DNA of 63,970 bases, filler included, from Reticulomyxa filosa (lineage: Eukaryota; Protista; Foraminifera), in the NCBI GenBank assembly GCA_000512085.1. It is 20 parts of 20 records of this genome, joined end to end, with 100 filler letters (N's around TTAATTAATTAA, not from the genome) between each part and the next. Parts side by side here need not be neighbours in the genome. Positions count along the whole stretch, not along the records: positions 20,632 to 25,289 come from ASPP01024459.1; positions 25,390 to 26,396 come from ASPP01002052.1; positions 26,497 to 28,232 come from ASPP01013902.1; positions 28,333 to 30,668 come from ASPP01020273.1; positions 30,769 to 37,812 come from ASPP01015943.1; positions 37,913 to 45,861 come from ASPP01022326.1; 14 more parts are not named here. One strand, written 5' to 3'. The position numbers were made by a program, and so were the translations under genes. Below, piece by piece: positions 24,301 to 37,994 of the stretch; position 1 is the first letter of the stretch, and each line of letters begins with the position of its first letter. Under the pieces are notes generated by a model. The model was not told the origin of the DNA, did not search any database, and was given only the letters and a program-made list of their open reading frames with translations.

Positions 24301-26496
24301 CTTTTTTTTAATGTGTTAAAAAAGTAAAATATTTTATATATGTGTATATATTTTGTCCAGTTTACCGAATATAATTTCTTTCGACATCTACAATACTTTT
24401 TCTGCCTCTTTAACTCCAAAATAAGCATCACCATCACCATAACCGTGATTACCATGACGATATCTCGTGTAACGATTGTTATTTTTATTATTGTGGTATT
24501 TGTATTCTTGATGTTGATATACAGATAATCAAGATTTTGTTTGTGATTAAAATGTCCCCCCTATTGACAATGTTGATGTATTTCAATTAGATCAATTTCA
24601 ACTTATTAAACACGCTATTTTATCAGTCCTGTGGTATACATTCCCTGATTTGTATTCAAACCAGAAATGAGCAAAGATAAAAAAAAAATGTTGTTTTATA
24701 ACAATTGAGAATTTCATATCGGATAATGAAAATGACAATGTGTTTGAAAGTCTGAAATTGTGTGCATTTTATACAGGCAAATGCTCCGTTTTTTATTTTA
24801 AGTTTGTGTTGATTGCTATGACATATTATTTCTAAATCTTATTTTGTCAGCTGTAAATCAGTCTTCTTTTTTAAAAGAAAAGTTGCTTAAGCAATTGTTT
24901 ATCAAAGAAAAAAACGTCATCCATCATCATTCCACTCAAGCAACTGAACTCGAATTTTTCAAGCAAACAGAGATCTCAAATTAAATAAAAAAATTTTTTA
25001 AGCACGACCCTTGAAATAAAACTGTACTTTGATGCAAATGAAACTTTGTCTTTGTCTCAAAGACAAGGTAAATCGAATTATTTTACTTATAATTTAAAAA
25101 ATAAGTGAATATCCAATTCCACTTTAATCTACAAAAAACACCTGCAACATTTTCACATGTTTTTCTTTTTGTAGATATTTTTTTAAAAAAAATTAGGTTT
25201 AAATGTTGATTTTTCATGGAGAAAATCAATTATCATCATAGGATATTTGTAAATATTGATTATATTGATTTTGACATATGACGTTCAATNNNNNNNNNNN
25301 NNNNNNNNNNNNNNNNNNNNNNNNNNNNNNNNNTTAATTAATTAANNNNNNNNNNNNNNNNNNNNNNNNNNNNNNNNNNNNNNNNNNNNAGATATTGAAA
25401 GATTTGCAAGTGGAAATGGACGTACATCACATGGAATTTGTATTACATATGGGCAAGTTGCTATTTACGTTGCTATTAATTGGCGATAATGATAGCAACT
25501 GCTTGAATCGAATATTGATTATGTCATTGCGTTTGAAGAAAAAGAACTGAATGTCCATATCGTGTGATGTCCATATAATTGATTGAAATGAAAGTTGTAA
25601 GCTGATCATATAACCAACCTAGATTCCAAGTTATAATATTTTCTTATAATGTAATTTGAAACTTGTATGATAAATGTACACGCATATAACACAGGTCTCC
25701 AAAGAACAAGCACAAGTTTGTGGAGAAATTGGAAAGCGTTGAGATGCCAACAAGCAAAGGTGAAGTTGAAACGCCAAGTTTGTGGCATATTGGATTCAAG
25801 TATTTGATACTTGTCTCAAATGTTTTGTTTAAAAAGTTTGTGTCTTTTTGTGAGTTGAGTTTTCTTTTTTTTAAAAAAAAAATTTCACCGCACTTCCTCC
25901 AGTTGACCAAACATCTTTCTCATCAAATTACATTTATCGTAAAAAATTTCTGAATTTTAAATATAAAAAAAAGTCAAAAATATGTGGCTAAGATTTGATA
26001 TTTTACTTGTGTCTTTGAAAAACTGATAACTGGAATTAATGATTTCTATGTTTAGAGTTGAAGAAAAAAAAAACATTCTCCAAAAGAGTCACGTGTAAGC
26101 GTCAATTGTGCAAAATTTTTGGCAAAAAAAAGATTTAGAATATTACCTTCTTGCTGTTATGTAGGTAATTGAATAAATTTTCTGGAAGATTGAGTAGAAA
26201 AGATGTAATACAAAAAGTACACCAAGTTTGCAAAAAAAAAAAAAATATCAAAGTTATGATAATATTTAATTATCTCCATAATGGAATGAACCTTTAATTG
26301 TTCAGCGTTTACAAAAAAAGGAAAAAGCAAACAAATATGTCTGATTAATACACATTCTTACAAACAACATATTTTTGTTGGTTATGGAGTAGTAAANNNN
26401 NNNNNNNNNNNNNNNNNNNNNNNNNNNNNNNNNNNNNNNNTTAATTAATTAANNNNNNNNNNNNNNNNNNNNNNNNNNNNNNNNNNNNNNNNNNNN

Positions 26497-28232
26497 CAAT
26501 GGCGGGGTGTATGGAGTCGACACGCTAATTTATTGCAATAACAGCAATTCGTACAGCTGCGCTGGCGTTCGCTACATTTGTGGCGCGGGCGGTTCTTGCG
26601 ACATGACGTATAACGCCGTTGAGCAGACATGGTACTGCTCAGGGGGCTGTCAGGCCGCAAGCACGACCACGGAGAGTGCACTGACAACCACAACCACGGC
26701 CGCCACTGTCATCATCGATGCCTTGCCTACTCCCAGTCCAAGTAGTGCAGCCACCACCACCACCACCATCACGACCGATGCAACTGATACAATTGATACA
26801 ACTGATACAACTGATATAATGAATACGATGGACACAACAACCGTTGATGAAGCAAATCATTACCCTTAGTTTGATAGCAAAAAAAAAAAAAAAAAAAGAA
26901 GGAATACGTAAACTTGTATTATGTGGCATACATATATACATATACATATACATATACATATATGTGTGTGTGTGTGTGTGACATATATTGAATGGAACAC
27001 AGCTATGACATTCGTGTGGTATGTTCGGTTCATTGCCTATCGGACACTACGAAAAACAAAACTGCTGAGGATGAAACGACGTTAACGAATATGTGCCAAA
27101 AGGTGTTTATAGGTATGTTTTGGGAAATTGGCAATTGGACGAAAAAGTACTTGATGGCCAAGAAATCGGAATGGGGTAACTGGACTGACTCCGACTGGTT
27201 TGTCAACACTTCGTCGTTGTTCGAATGGGAGATTCGCATCAATACTTACTCGGCTGCCTATGGCATTTCCGACGTACTGAATAACAGTGGATACGAGACC
27301 GATTTGAACCTGTACTGCAATTACCTGCTCCAACACAATCTCAGCAACTCTTGTACGTCCATGAATGTGGCCATTACCAAAGTCGATGTCGTCGGTGTTG
27401 TGGAAAACCCAGGAGGCTCTCCCAATCAAGAGCATGTGCGAGGCATGCTCAATATAAAACATCTTCTCACTATTATGCTAATTGCATTAGGAGCTGGTAA
27501 GTTGTATACGTACGTATATACGTATACATTTATATTATTTATGTACATATATATATATGTACACATATATGTACGTATACGTATATTTTGTTTGTTTGTA
27601 AATAAGGCACTCTTTGCACTTCGGTTTGTATATGCGGCTATTGTTATTGCAACACGCGCTGGAACAACAAGCAGAATCAAATGGTCCAGGCACACGTAAG
27701 CGTGAATAATGAGTTTACGGATGGTATAGTGCTATCAAAGAATCAAACGTTAAAAACGAAGAAAACGTCTTCAAGATTGGGTGTTTTGACGCAGTCCGAT
27801 CCTCCGATGAAAATAATAGCAATAAAAACACGCGAGACATTATCTGCGAACAAAGCGAAGCATTATCCCAAGCGTACTCGTCCATTCTCTTCTTCTCCTC
27901 CCCCTCCTGTCCCATCTCAGCGTCCCCCTCCTCCTCCTCCTTCTTCTCGTTCTCATTCTCGATCCCATTCTCCTCTTCCCCACCGCCATCAATCATCCCT
28001 CCCTCCCCCTCCTGCCGCCCCTTCCACTGTCCGACCTTCGCTCTATAGTCTCATGAACATTCGGCACGCGGAGATCCCCTGGGATCACAACACCACCGTC
28101 ACGACGAACCCGCCTTCCACGGCGAAGCGCACTCGTATCCCCATGGGATCAACTTCGTCAGTCTCGTATTCTGTTCCGCCTTCTCCAATTCCTCGCGGAT
28201 GGGACGCCACACAAACAAGGGGAAAGAAGAAG
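26497..28232 (+). CDS. Type I membrane glycoprotein, partial: Cys-rich and Thr-rich ectodomain, TM helix, Pro-rich tail
   Basis: Cys-rich then TTTT mucin-like exon; intron 27497-27606 joins LLTIMLIALGA-GTLCTSVCICGYCYC in frame with the Pro-rich 27681 ORF. Confidence 0.65.
26926..26980. repeat. Intronic (CATATA)n/(TG)n microsatellite
   Basis: Read directly from the sequence. Confidence 0.85.
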
Positions 28233-28332
28233 NNNNNNNNNNNNNNNNNNNNNNNNNNNNNNNNNNNNNNNNNNNNTTAATTAATTAANNNNNNNNNNNN
28301 NNNNNNNNNNNNNNNNNNNNNNNNNNNNNNNN

Positions 28333-30668
28333 GTACGAAAGCACATCATACCAAACGATTGGGTTATCTTTGCACATTTCAAAGAGCACGTCAAAAGCTG
28401 CCTACATTTTGATTTGTTCAATATGACATTCCTTATCAGACAGACAGAATATATACATATATACATATATACATATATATATATGTATATATGTATATAT
28501 CTTCTTTTTTTTTTTTCAAAAATGTACCTTGCGAGAGAGTGAAGTTTTGCATTTTGGAATTGGGGCAAATGTGGAGCCATCAAATTTTCGAGTGTGTTCA
28601 TATATTGATCAGGGGTGTGGAACAAACATTTCATCAGAATCTCATCTCGAAGCTGCTCAATGATCTTTGGACACTTTTTTTTAATTTCCGGCAAACTCAT
28701 TAAAATGGATTTCAAAATGATCAGCAGTCCCGTCACGTACTGGTCTCTGGGTTCGTTTCGCGAGTACTCTTTGCTTTCGTATTTGCACAGCACATCGACC
28801 GCGTTTTCAAAAATCCATTTGAAATAGTTCATCACTTGAGAATACAAGGATTGGCTCGAGTAGCCATTTTCCATCAATACGATATGCAAGCAATAGTATT
28901 TGATGACATCGCCTAAAAACTGGCAAAACTCTTCGCACACGCGTTGATTGGATTCATTGTTTGGCAAATCATTCCACAGCGTTACAAGTGTGGCTATGGT
29001 ATTCCTTTTGTATAAAGGGAGGGGGGGACGACCCCACACAAACAATTTTTCTTTTTTTCCTCCCTCTTTGTAATCAAACAAATAAACAAAATAAATAAAT
29101 TAAAATGAACTGTTTGATAGGCTTGTTCTCTTGAAATTTGACATAAATTTCATACAAATACAATCTGCCTTTGCTACGTATTGTGACATCTCCACTGAAG
29201 AGAATAACTTCCATGAGCTTCCTCCACGATGCAAAGTTGTCGCTGATGAACAAAGGAAAGAGCTTATTGCCGTGTTCGTAAATTAAGATACTGAACTGGT
29301 GGAGCAACAGTTCGATGAGGTTGGATATCAATGTAACATTCCCTCCCAAATTGTCATTGCACCGTTCCAAGATTTCCATTATGAAAAGCCAAATCTGTTT
29401 CCCCAACAACAGAATGGGCACGTCATGTTCCAACACTGTTCGCATGTGGTTAAAATAGCCCAATTGCTTTGTAATGAAAGAAGGCGTGACATGTTGCGGA
29501 ATTGCATTCACGTTTAATGGGTCGTAATCTGCCAATGCCTTTTTTTTTTTTGGAGAAAGAGACAACAACAACAGCAACAACAATAATAATAATAAAAAAA
29601 AAATTGATCATTTTGCATCAGTAAAGTATTATTGTCAAAGCTAAACTGAAGTAGAGAGAGATGCAAATACTTTGAACCAAATGTATAGTGTACGATAGGA
29701 TGCAAAAGTAAACACTTCATCATCTATTTGAAAGGGACGTCAAAAAAAAAATTGTAAAAAAAAACAACACGAATAGAGTGGATTAGGTGCAAGAAAAGAA
29801 AAGGAGGAAAAAATGTACCCAACATACTGTAGTCAATCTTAAATTTCTCAAGGATATTGACAAGATGAGTGACGCCACGCAAATCGAGGAAGGCGGACAG
29901 CCACTTTGGATTACAATTGTCAACAACCGCATCCAAGACAATGAGATGGTACAAGGCCTTAAATGTTGAACTGGTGTCAATCAAGACGTTCCAGTCGAGA
30001 TCGCCTACCACCTCCCGCCTAACGTGCTGTTCTCCCGTTCTTTTTTTTTAAATTTTTTTATTTTTTATTTAAATTAGTATTGTAATCATTTTTTTCTTTC
30101 AATTATTATTTTACGAGGAAGAGAAGAAGAAAGGGAGGAGGGGGAGAGAAAAATATGTACAAATATAAACGTCAACATGGATACATACGGAGTTGTGTAA
30201 GTTTTTTCTTGAATGTATTGAGGCAAGTCTCTCAATTGTGTTACAATTTGCGAAGCAAATGGGATTCTTATCTGTGGAAACCCAATCCCATCCCCCACGC
30301 ACAATGTTTTGTCGTGTTATCAAAGAAAGGAAAATAAAGCTGTTCTTCTCTCTCTCCCTCTCTCTCTCTTGTGCAATTTAACCAGCAAGTTCCAAACCCT
30401 CGCCGCCAATTGTCCTCCTCTATCTAATAGGAACAGCAGCAAATCAATATTGGATTTGTTCTGTGACAAGATGAACGCCCCGTCGGGTACAAAAGCATCG
30501 GGCGTGGGAAGTGTCAAAGGAGTCGCGTTTAAATTGCAATACGAACCCACTCCCAGTGATTCCAATGTCATGGCTTGATTGCTTCGGATTAAGTCCAAGT
30601 TTTGATCCGTCGTCAATTGGAAGAAGCTCTATGTTTTACCAACCCAATCAAATCAAATCAAATCAAAT
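28333..30668 (-). CDS. USP9X/USP24/USP34-like deubiquitinase, internal multi-exon fragment upstream of the catalytic domain
   Basis: Ubiquitin-like stretch (TLESLGV), ARVWNLLVKL, TFKALYHLIVL, FLDLRGVTHLVNIL, ILMKCLF..R-AAFDVLFEMCKDN occur in the order typical of this family; catalytic boxes not in contig. Confidence 0.65.
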
Positions 30669-30768
30669 NNNNNNNNNNNNNNNNNNNNNNNNNNNNNNNN
30701 NNNNNNNNNNNNTTAATTAATTAANNNNNNNNNNNNNNNNNNNNNNNNNNNNNNNNNNNNNNNNNNNN

Positions 30769-33700
30769 CAAAAAAAGTACCTGGAGAATAAGAAAATGCT
30801 TTGCAAAGTCGACCCACTTCTGCATATAAAATATCCTTAAAAGTGGTGTTTCTTATCTTTATGGCTGAACTGTATTGAGTTCTGTCATCCTTGTTCAAAC
30901 GAAAGTAATAGCATAATCCCATTGAAACAGCCAAAGAATATTGTATTTGTTTGGAGACAGCAATTTGTTTATAAAAATGATTCGAAATCCAAATAAAAAA
31001 TGTCAAACATCTTTCCACATCTCTCAAAGACACCACTGCTGCATCGTGCAATTTCTGACGAAGAAATTCTTGTGAAATGCAAAGTTGATCCGTAATAGTT
31101 ATCAATTCCTTTTCAAAAAATTCTTGAACAGAGGGGTTCAATGCATTTTTTCTTTCTTTAACCATTTCGGATATATATTGTCTTTCATCTGAACTTGGCA
31201 ATGATCCAAACTGCCAAAGGTGCAACTTTACACCTTCACATAATGGAGAAACTCGATATACGTATTTCGCCAAACTATCTCCCCCAAACCAGTCTTTTTC
31301 CTTTTGATTGAGTCTGCGTTCACGGTATGGATTACACGCAGCAATGATTTTGATTCCATCAGGTAGTGCAACTCCATCCAAACTATGATTACAAATCAAC
31401 TCATTGAACCATCCGATGTCTGGTGATGTGTTGAACTCATCCAAAAATAGCCAAATTTCTTTTCTTTTTTTTTTTCTTTTTCTTCTTGGGACCTTTGCAA
31501 TTCTTTGCATGTTTGAACAATTTCACGAATGTGAGTTCTTTCAATACCTCCATGGATATCCACTGCTTCCACATGAACATCCACTGCACATGCAAGATAT
31601 TTTATCAATGCTGTTTTACCACATCCACTATTTTATGTGTGTTTTTGTTTGATCAATTGCTTGTCAATCTATTTCAAGCGTTATGTGTTCAACCTTCACA
31701 CAAAAAAGTATTGAAACTTAACGTTTCTCCCATCAAAACAACCTATCAACAAAATAGACAATTCAACCAATTAATACACATTCAAAAGAGAATAGAATAA
31801 ATACATACCGGGAGATCAGATCGAATTTTAACAAGAATAGCCAACATTTTAAAAATATTGTCATAGGTCAACACATAGTGTCAAATCTTATCACATTTTT
31901 GTCGGATATCTTCTTCTTTTCTTCTGGAACATTAACAGCACGAAACAATAACTCCATTCTTTTCTCTTTTTCTTGTCCATTCCATGTGTTGCTTACTTCC
32001 TGTTCCCAAGCAATGGCAGGACAACCCTTATTTTTAAAGGATCTAATCTTTTATTCAAGTGACTATTTTTCGAGGCCAGCAAAGAAAGGCTACCTGTTTT
32101 CATTTGTTCAAACATTAACCAAAACAAATTTTCAAACTGAAAAATGTGAAAAAAAGGTCAAAAGTACACACCATCTTGATTGACCAGGTACAATAATTCC
32201 TTCGATTTTTTCCATTTTTCACACAAATAAAATTGTGATGTGTATGTTTTCTTTGTATCTTCTTCATTATATGAATAAAAACACAAATCTTGGGCAAATT
32301 CAATTGCACACTTTGTTGCTTCATGTCGAAATGGAATGCATTCGTTCAAAAGAAATCGTGAGTTGGCCAATACTTCAAATTGTGTGAACAAAAAATTGAA
32401 AAACATTGTGACATGCCACAAACTCAATGATATCAAATCAGGGAAATAAGTGCGCATAAATTGACTGATTTCTGTGGGATTCAAATTGATTTTGTTTTCA
32501 ACATTGATATCTCTGGACGAACTAGCCGTTTGTTGAGTGAAAAATCGGAGAATACCAGTCACAAAACTAGGTTGTCTATTGTTTTTTTTGTTTTTTTTAA
32601 AAACAAAAAAAACCCAACAGTAAATCTTAAAGATGTATTTTTATGATTGGAAATTTTTCAAAACTTCAATTTTCCAGCAAAATATTCTTCCATCCATTTG
32701 ATACTGAGTTGACCTTTATCTCCAATATTAAATGGGGGAGGCTTCAATTTCACCGGAAATTTCATTTTGAAAAATAGGGTATAAAAAAAATTATGTGATG
32801 TGTCCGAAAATGAATCGATTTTGGAAGGGATTTCAATAAAAAAGATCATGTTTGGATTGACATGGAAACTATAGTTCATCGTGTCAATGTGTTGTAAATA
32901 CAACAATTGAAAAAAGAAATCATTGATATCTTTATTAACACAAGAGGATACATCAATATGATACACAATCCAATTGTCTTTCGAATAATTGAGATCGTTT
33001 ACCCTTTTTTCCACATTAACAATAGTTTCTTGGGATGCATGACTTAATTGACATGGATGATAATTCCATAATGTTTCAACAATTTCTTCCCAATCAATGT
33101 CACTACTATTCAAACGTATGCAAACGCTTTGTACCTTGTTTGTCTTTTTTCGCAAATATCGAATATCTCGCTGAATTTTCCAAGTTTTGCCTGTACCAAC
33201 CTTTGTAGACTCATACAACTGTACTTGATAAATTGGACGGCCTGGCACATTTGTAGGGAGTACATTTACTTTTTGTGAATACAAAGCTTCGTAAATATCA
33301 AATGGGTGACTGTTCAGTTCAGAGATAATCGGTCCAAACTCTCGTAAGATGTAAGATAATGGATTGTCATGATTGGAGGATACCACTGCGAACAAATACA
33401 AATGTGCTTGTTGAGATCTCGATGGCTCCAAGAAGAGTTTTTGAAAAAGGCTCACTACTTTCTCCAATGTTCTTGCTTGCAATTTTTCTGGCCAAACTAA
33501 GCAATACAATGGTGTCTTGATATTTATACCGTCCATTACTTTTACATATAGCAATGTTCGTAATAACAAGCACTCCACTTCTTCTTCTGTCGTTGTCTCC
33601 TTGCACAAGAGAACATGTTCAGTTCGAGGTATCAATCCAATGGATTCATATAAACTCAACACCGAAAACAATTTATCGTTGTGGTTGGCAATGATTAAAT

Positions 33701-36700
33701 TGGGTCTTCCCGCTTTTAGTGCAGCAATAGAAAAGGAATTGGGTACATTTTCATTATTTTTTGATTTCATCCGAACTTTGGAAAAGATACATCCAAGCTC
33801 ATGTAATGATCGCATACCTTCACTATTCTGGTTTTTCCATTCATGTAATACTTGGGATGAGTCCTGTATTTGATAGTCTAATCTTTGTAAGAATGGCACA
33901 ATATACTTGGATGACAATATATCCCAATATTGAGTTTCATTTGCTACAATATAATCCAAATCTTTAACCAATTGTTGCATTTCATTCATTGTGAAGTATG
34001 TTAAACATGGATATGTATGTCGCAATTCAATACAATCCTTATTCCATTGATTCAATTTTTAATCCACTTATTTTTTTGGCTTTGAAAGATAGAAATGGGA
34101 TCATTTGCTGGTAATACCAGTTTGTCTCGGAATGAAATCCCTCCTTTTTCCCAATAATCCACACGAATGGCATAAATATCTTTACAAATTTCAAATTGTG
34201 AAATAATTATTTCAATATCTTTCTTTTCTTCACTTGTCAAACCGAGTTTTAACAGATCTATGGAATGTCCTATCTCTTCACAAATCAATTCGTTAGTTCC
34301 AAACTGAAGTGTTAATCCCTCATATTTGCCACTTTCTAAATGTGCATACGTAGAATAAATGATGCGATAATCAACCAACACCCAAGTTCCTTGTCGACGT
34401 GCTTGTACGAATTCATCTTTTTTGTTTCCTAATCACCACCTCATCATCTTGTTCCATGGCACGAAAAAGAGCAGGGAAATCCACTTCCAAACATTGCCCT
34501 AATTGTATTGCAAATGTTTGATTTTCTTTTACAATTGAAAGTATTGTTTTAGCGAGTATGCATATTTCTTTGAAATCTGTTTTCCATATCTTTTCTTGCA
34601 GTATTTGATTGATATCACGCAATGGTTTAACCAATTGACAAAATTTTTCAGTGTCGCACTTCTCCAATTTCTTCAACGCAGACTCAAATATTCCGCTTTT
34701 TATAAACACTTCATTGCTTGCAATTGTTTGAATTTTTTGTTCATTGTTTACAATCAAGTCAAAAATGTGTACACATTCTTTAATATCTCCAAAGTATTCC
34801 ACACACCAATTGTAATTACGAATTGCATCTTCAATTGACATGTTAGCATTATCTTCTATTAATTGCTTACTCATATCTAACTTTTCTTGCAATATTTCCC
34901 ATTTTTCATCATTGATTATTTTGTCCTTTGCTTTGTGATGTTTCCGAATTGTCTCTGTGCCTTGCTTAAATTTTTTCCAGGTTACATGCAGTTCCCATAA
35001 TGTATTGAATTTTGTTTCCCATTGTTCCGAAGACTTGATTTATCACAAACAACAAAATTACATTTTTTTTTTTTTTTTATTGAATAAGTTTCCCTTGCAC
35101 TCTCTTTTTTCAAAAAAGTAACCTTTGCTCCTTCTTCCCATTGTGAATTGGTATGTTCAAAAACTTCCATAAAGTCGATCGTGACAGTTGGAGTTGAATT
35201 GATATCTTTCGTTTCAAGTTTTTTATAGCGTGAAACGACAAAATTGTATCCGGTAATACAATAGTCCCAAGTGAAGAACTGATGTGGAAAAAAATTTAAT
35301 TCCTCGGAAAAGAAATATGTGTTTTGCAAATAATCTTTGATCAATTTTGATGGCTGCGCTTGAATTCTGCTTTCTTTGTTTGCCACATGTCTCCATGCTG
35401 TCATTATCCTTCGAACTATTTTTTTGTCTGTCTTTTCAAAAAAATGGGATAATTGCTTCTCTAAATCCGGTGTTAGTTTCAATTGGTTTGGTTGAACTGT
35501 CATTTGTAAACATTTCCCATTCTGGAATTGTGCCTTGCAGTTATTCCACTTTATGCGAAATGCTTGATTTTTTTCTCGAGTAATCATTGCTTGAAACTCA
35601 TCTTGGAAACACTCCAGCAATTTCAGTTCATTTCCAAACTGTAGTTCCGCGTCGGAAAGATGACAATTCTTTGGATCTTTTAGAAATTCATGTAGTGCCT
35701 CCAAATCACTCGGAACGTCTTCTAAATATTTCATGGATAAAAGCTGTTGGAGATCGGCCTCCCATTTTTTGAATTTGTTAAACTTTTCGATTGTTGAGGA
35801 CCATGCTTGTTGGTCAAATGAATCTGATAATTCTTTCATGTATGTCTCATTTTCATCTGCTTTGAGAAATTCGCAAAGTGTAATGTTGATTTTGTTTTCT
35901 TTCATATCTTTCATCAATCTTGTCATTGTATTTTGTACGAAACTCCATTTTTGTTTGAGGATATCCATACTTTGGTGATTGATGAGAATGTCTTTCCATT
36001 TAGCATAAGAAATGCACTGTCGCAATTGACCAATCAACAATTCCATTTGTATTGATATCGATTCATTGACAACAGGTGGATGTCGAGATGTTTTTTCTTC
36101 TTTTTCGTCAACATTAACATCAGATGAGGGTATTTCTCTATTCACATGATAACCACAACAACACCAAAAATTATATTGTATTATCTTAGTCATTCAAAAG
36201 TAAAACTGTTGTATCGAGTCTTTGAAAATTAGTTTCAAAAACCAATCCCATTTTATTAAATTCCAAGGAGGATTTCCAATACATAATCCCAGCTGGTTGC
36301 GGTCTTTGTCGCTCCAACATTCATTATTAAATTCAAAATGTTCTGACTTGGACTCCAAACATTTCTCAAATTCATTGCGACATGAATCAGGCAAAAGACC
36401 CAATCGTGATTCTGTCAATAGCCATAATGCCTTGCGGTGATAGCAATTGGTGGGGGTTGACTCCTCGAAATAATCCTCGTTAAACCATGTCTTCAATGAC
36501 TTTGTCAGTAATTCATTCCATTTATCAATTTTTTGTTGGTTTTGGTGATTGATTTTGTGATTGAACAGTTGGATCCAAACTTTCAAAGATGGCTCCGACT
36601 CTGACTGCCTCTGTTCGCGTATTGTTCGAATATTTTCCAATAATTGTGTAGTCAAATCAATTACTTTATCACTAATGGATTTATCTTCCAGTGAAACCTC

Positions 36701-37760
36701 CTTTATTTTTTTAAAAACAAACAAACAAAAAATACATTTGTAAATTTTTTGTTTGCATGTACCCTGCAAACAAAAAATAATATTGACAAAACATTCCAAA
36801 GGATGTCAATTAAACATGACATTATTTTCTCGCAATAAAATATGTTGTCAATGTATCGTTCAATTGTCGTCAGCAAATCATCATCACTTTTCCAACTGTT
36901 TTTTTTTTTTATTGTTTGTAATTTTTTTTTGATTTTAGACTTTGTTCACCTAATGAAGACAAAAAAAAAAGGGCATATTACATATTTTTTTGCGTTTGGA
37001 TAAAACCAAAGAAATTGAAGAGATGCTCAGGTGATGTTGTCACCAATTGTTGAAATGTGCTATTGACTTTGAAATTCTTGAAAAAAGTGGATCGAACTTT
37101 GTCGTCTTCAAAAATATTAACAATTTGAAGTCGCTCAATAAATTTATTCCACATCGAAAAATCATTTTGAAATGCAATGCACATAACTTGCCAACATTTG
37201 TCATCATTATCCGATTGACAAATATTCTTCCATATCTCTTCACTTTGTGCAAATAGAAACTCCAAAACAGATTGACACAAGCGACTTTCATCGGAATAGT
37301 GCTGCAGCAATTTAATCACATACATCTCTACCTGGTGTCTTTGTACGCGTGCGTATGGATTGGATGACTGCGCAACCGCGTCATTTCCCATTTTGAGAAG
37401 AGTCAAATCAGTATCCAAAATTGATACGATTTTTTTGTCAAGATCGTCGTATTTACCCTCCAAAACACCACCTTCCTCAAATCTGCTGGGAAAGCTGCTA
37501 ATCAAGGGATCCTCTTCACGTAAAAACGACAAATAATTGATGCATGGAAGGAGAAAAATGAACTGTAGCTTTGAAAGATTTCGACAGCAATGCTTCTGCA
37601 AATCTCTTAACAACACGTTGCGAACTACATCGTCATTTTGAGGAGACTTGTTTTGAATAAGCCTTTGGACAACAACAAATAACTGCCAAGGAGATAATAA
37701 TTCTTTTTTTATTGTCGCATTTTCACTGGCTTCTGCCAGGGTACGTAGCAATAGGTATTG
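30769..37760 (-). CDS. RNF213: RNF213/mysterin-like giant AAA+ ATPase, multi-exon, partial at both ends
   Basis: YVLTYDNIFKMLAI..P-VVLMGET-GCGKT (spliced Walker A), FLDEFNT (Walker B), IIAACNPYR, YRVSPL, VSLRDVERC; upstream VGTGKT and YHIDVS..FFFQLLYLQ. Confidence 0.85.
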
Positions 37761-37954
37761 AAGTATCTTTTTTTTTTTTTTTTAATTGATATGTTTTAAT
37801 AAAGAAAAATTTNNNNNNNNNNNNNNNNNNNNNNNNNNNNNNNNNNNNNNNNNNNNTTAATTAATTAANNNNNNNNNNNNNNNNNNNNNNNNNNNNNNNN
37901 NNNNNNNNNNNNGGATTCTGCTTGCTTTATGCTCATAAATCTATCTCAATAAAA

Positions 37955-37986
37955 AATAGGCAAATTCCATCCGAAACTTGCCTATT
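37955..37986 (-). terminator. Rho-independent terminator after the 37995-39113 gene
   Basis: AATAGGCAA...TTGCCTATT stem followed by a T run on the minus strand. Confidence 0.6.
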
Positions 37987-37994
37987 CTTATTGC

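Noticed and set aside
25390-25570. RFASGNGRTSH as a Fic motif
   Set aside because: Lacks the catalytic His and final Arg, and the frame soon hits three stops
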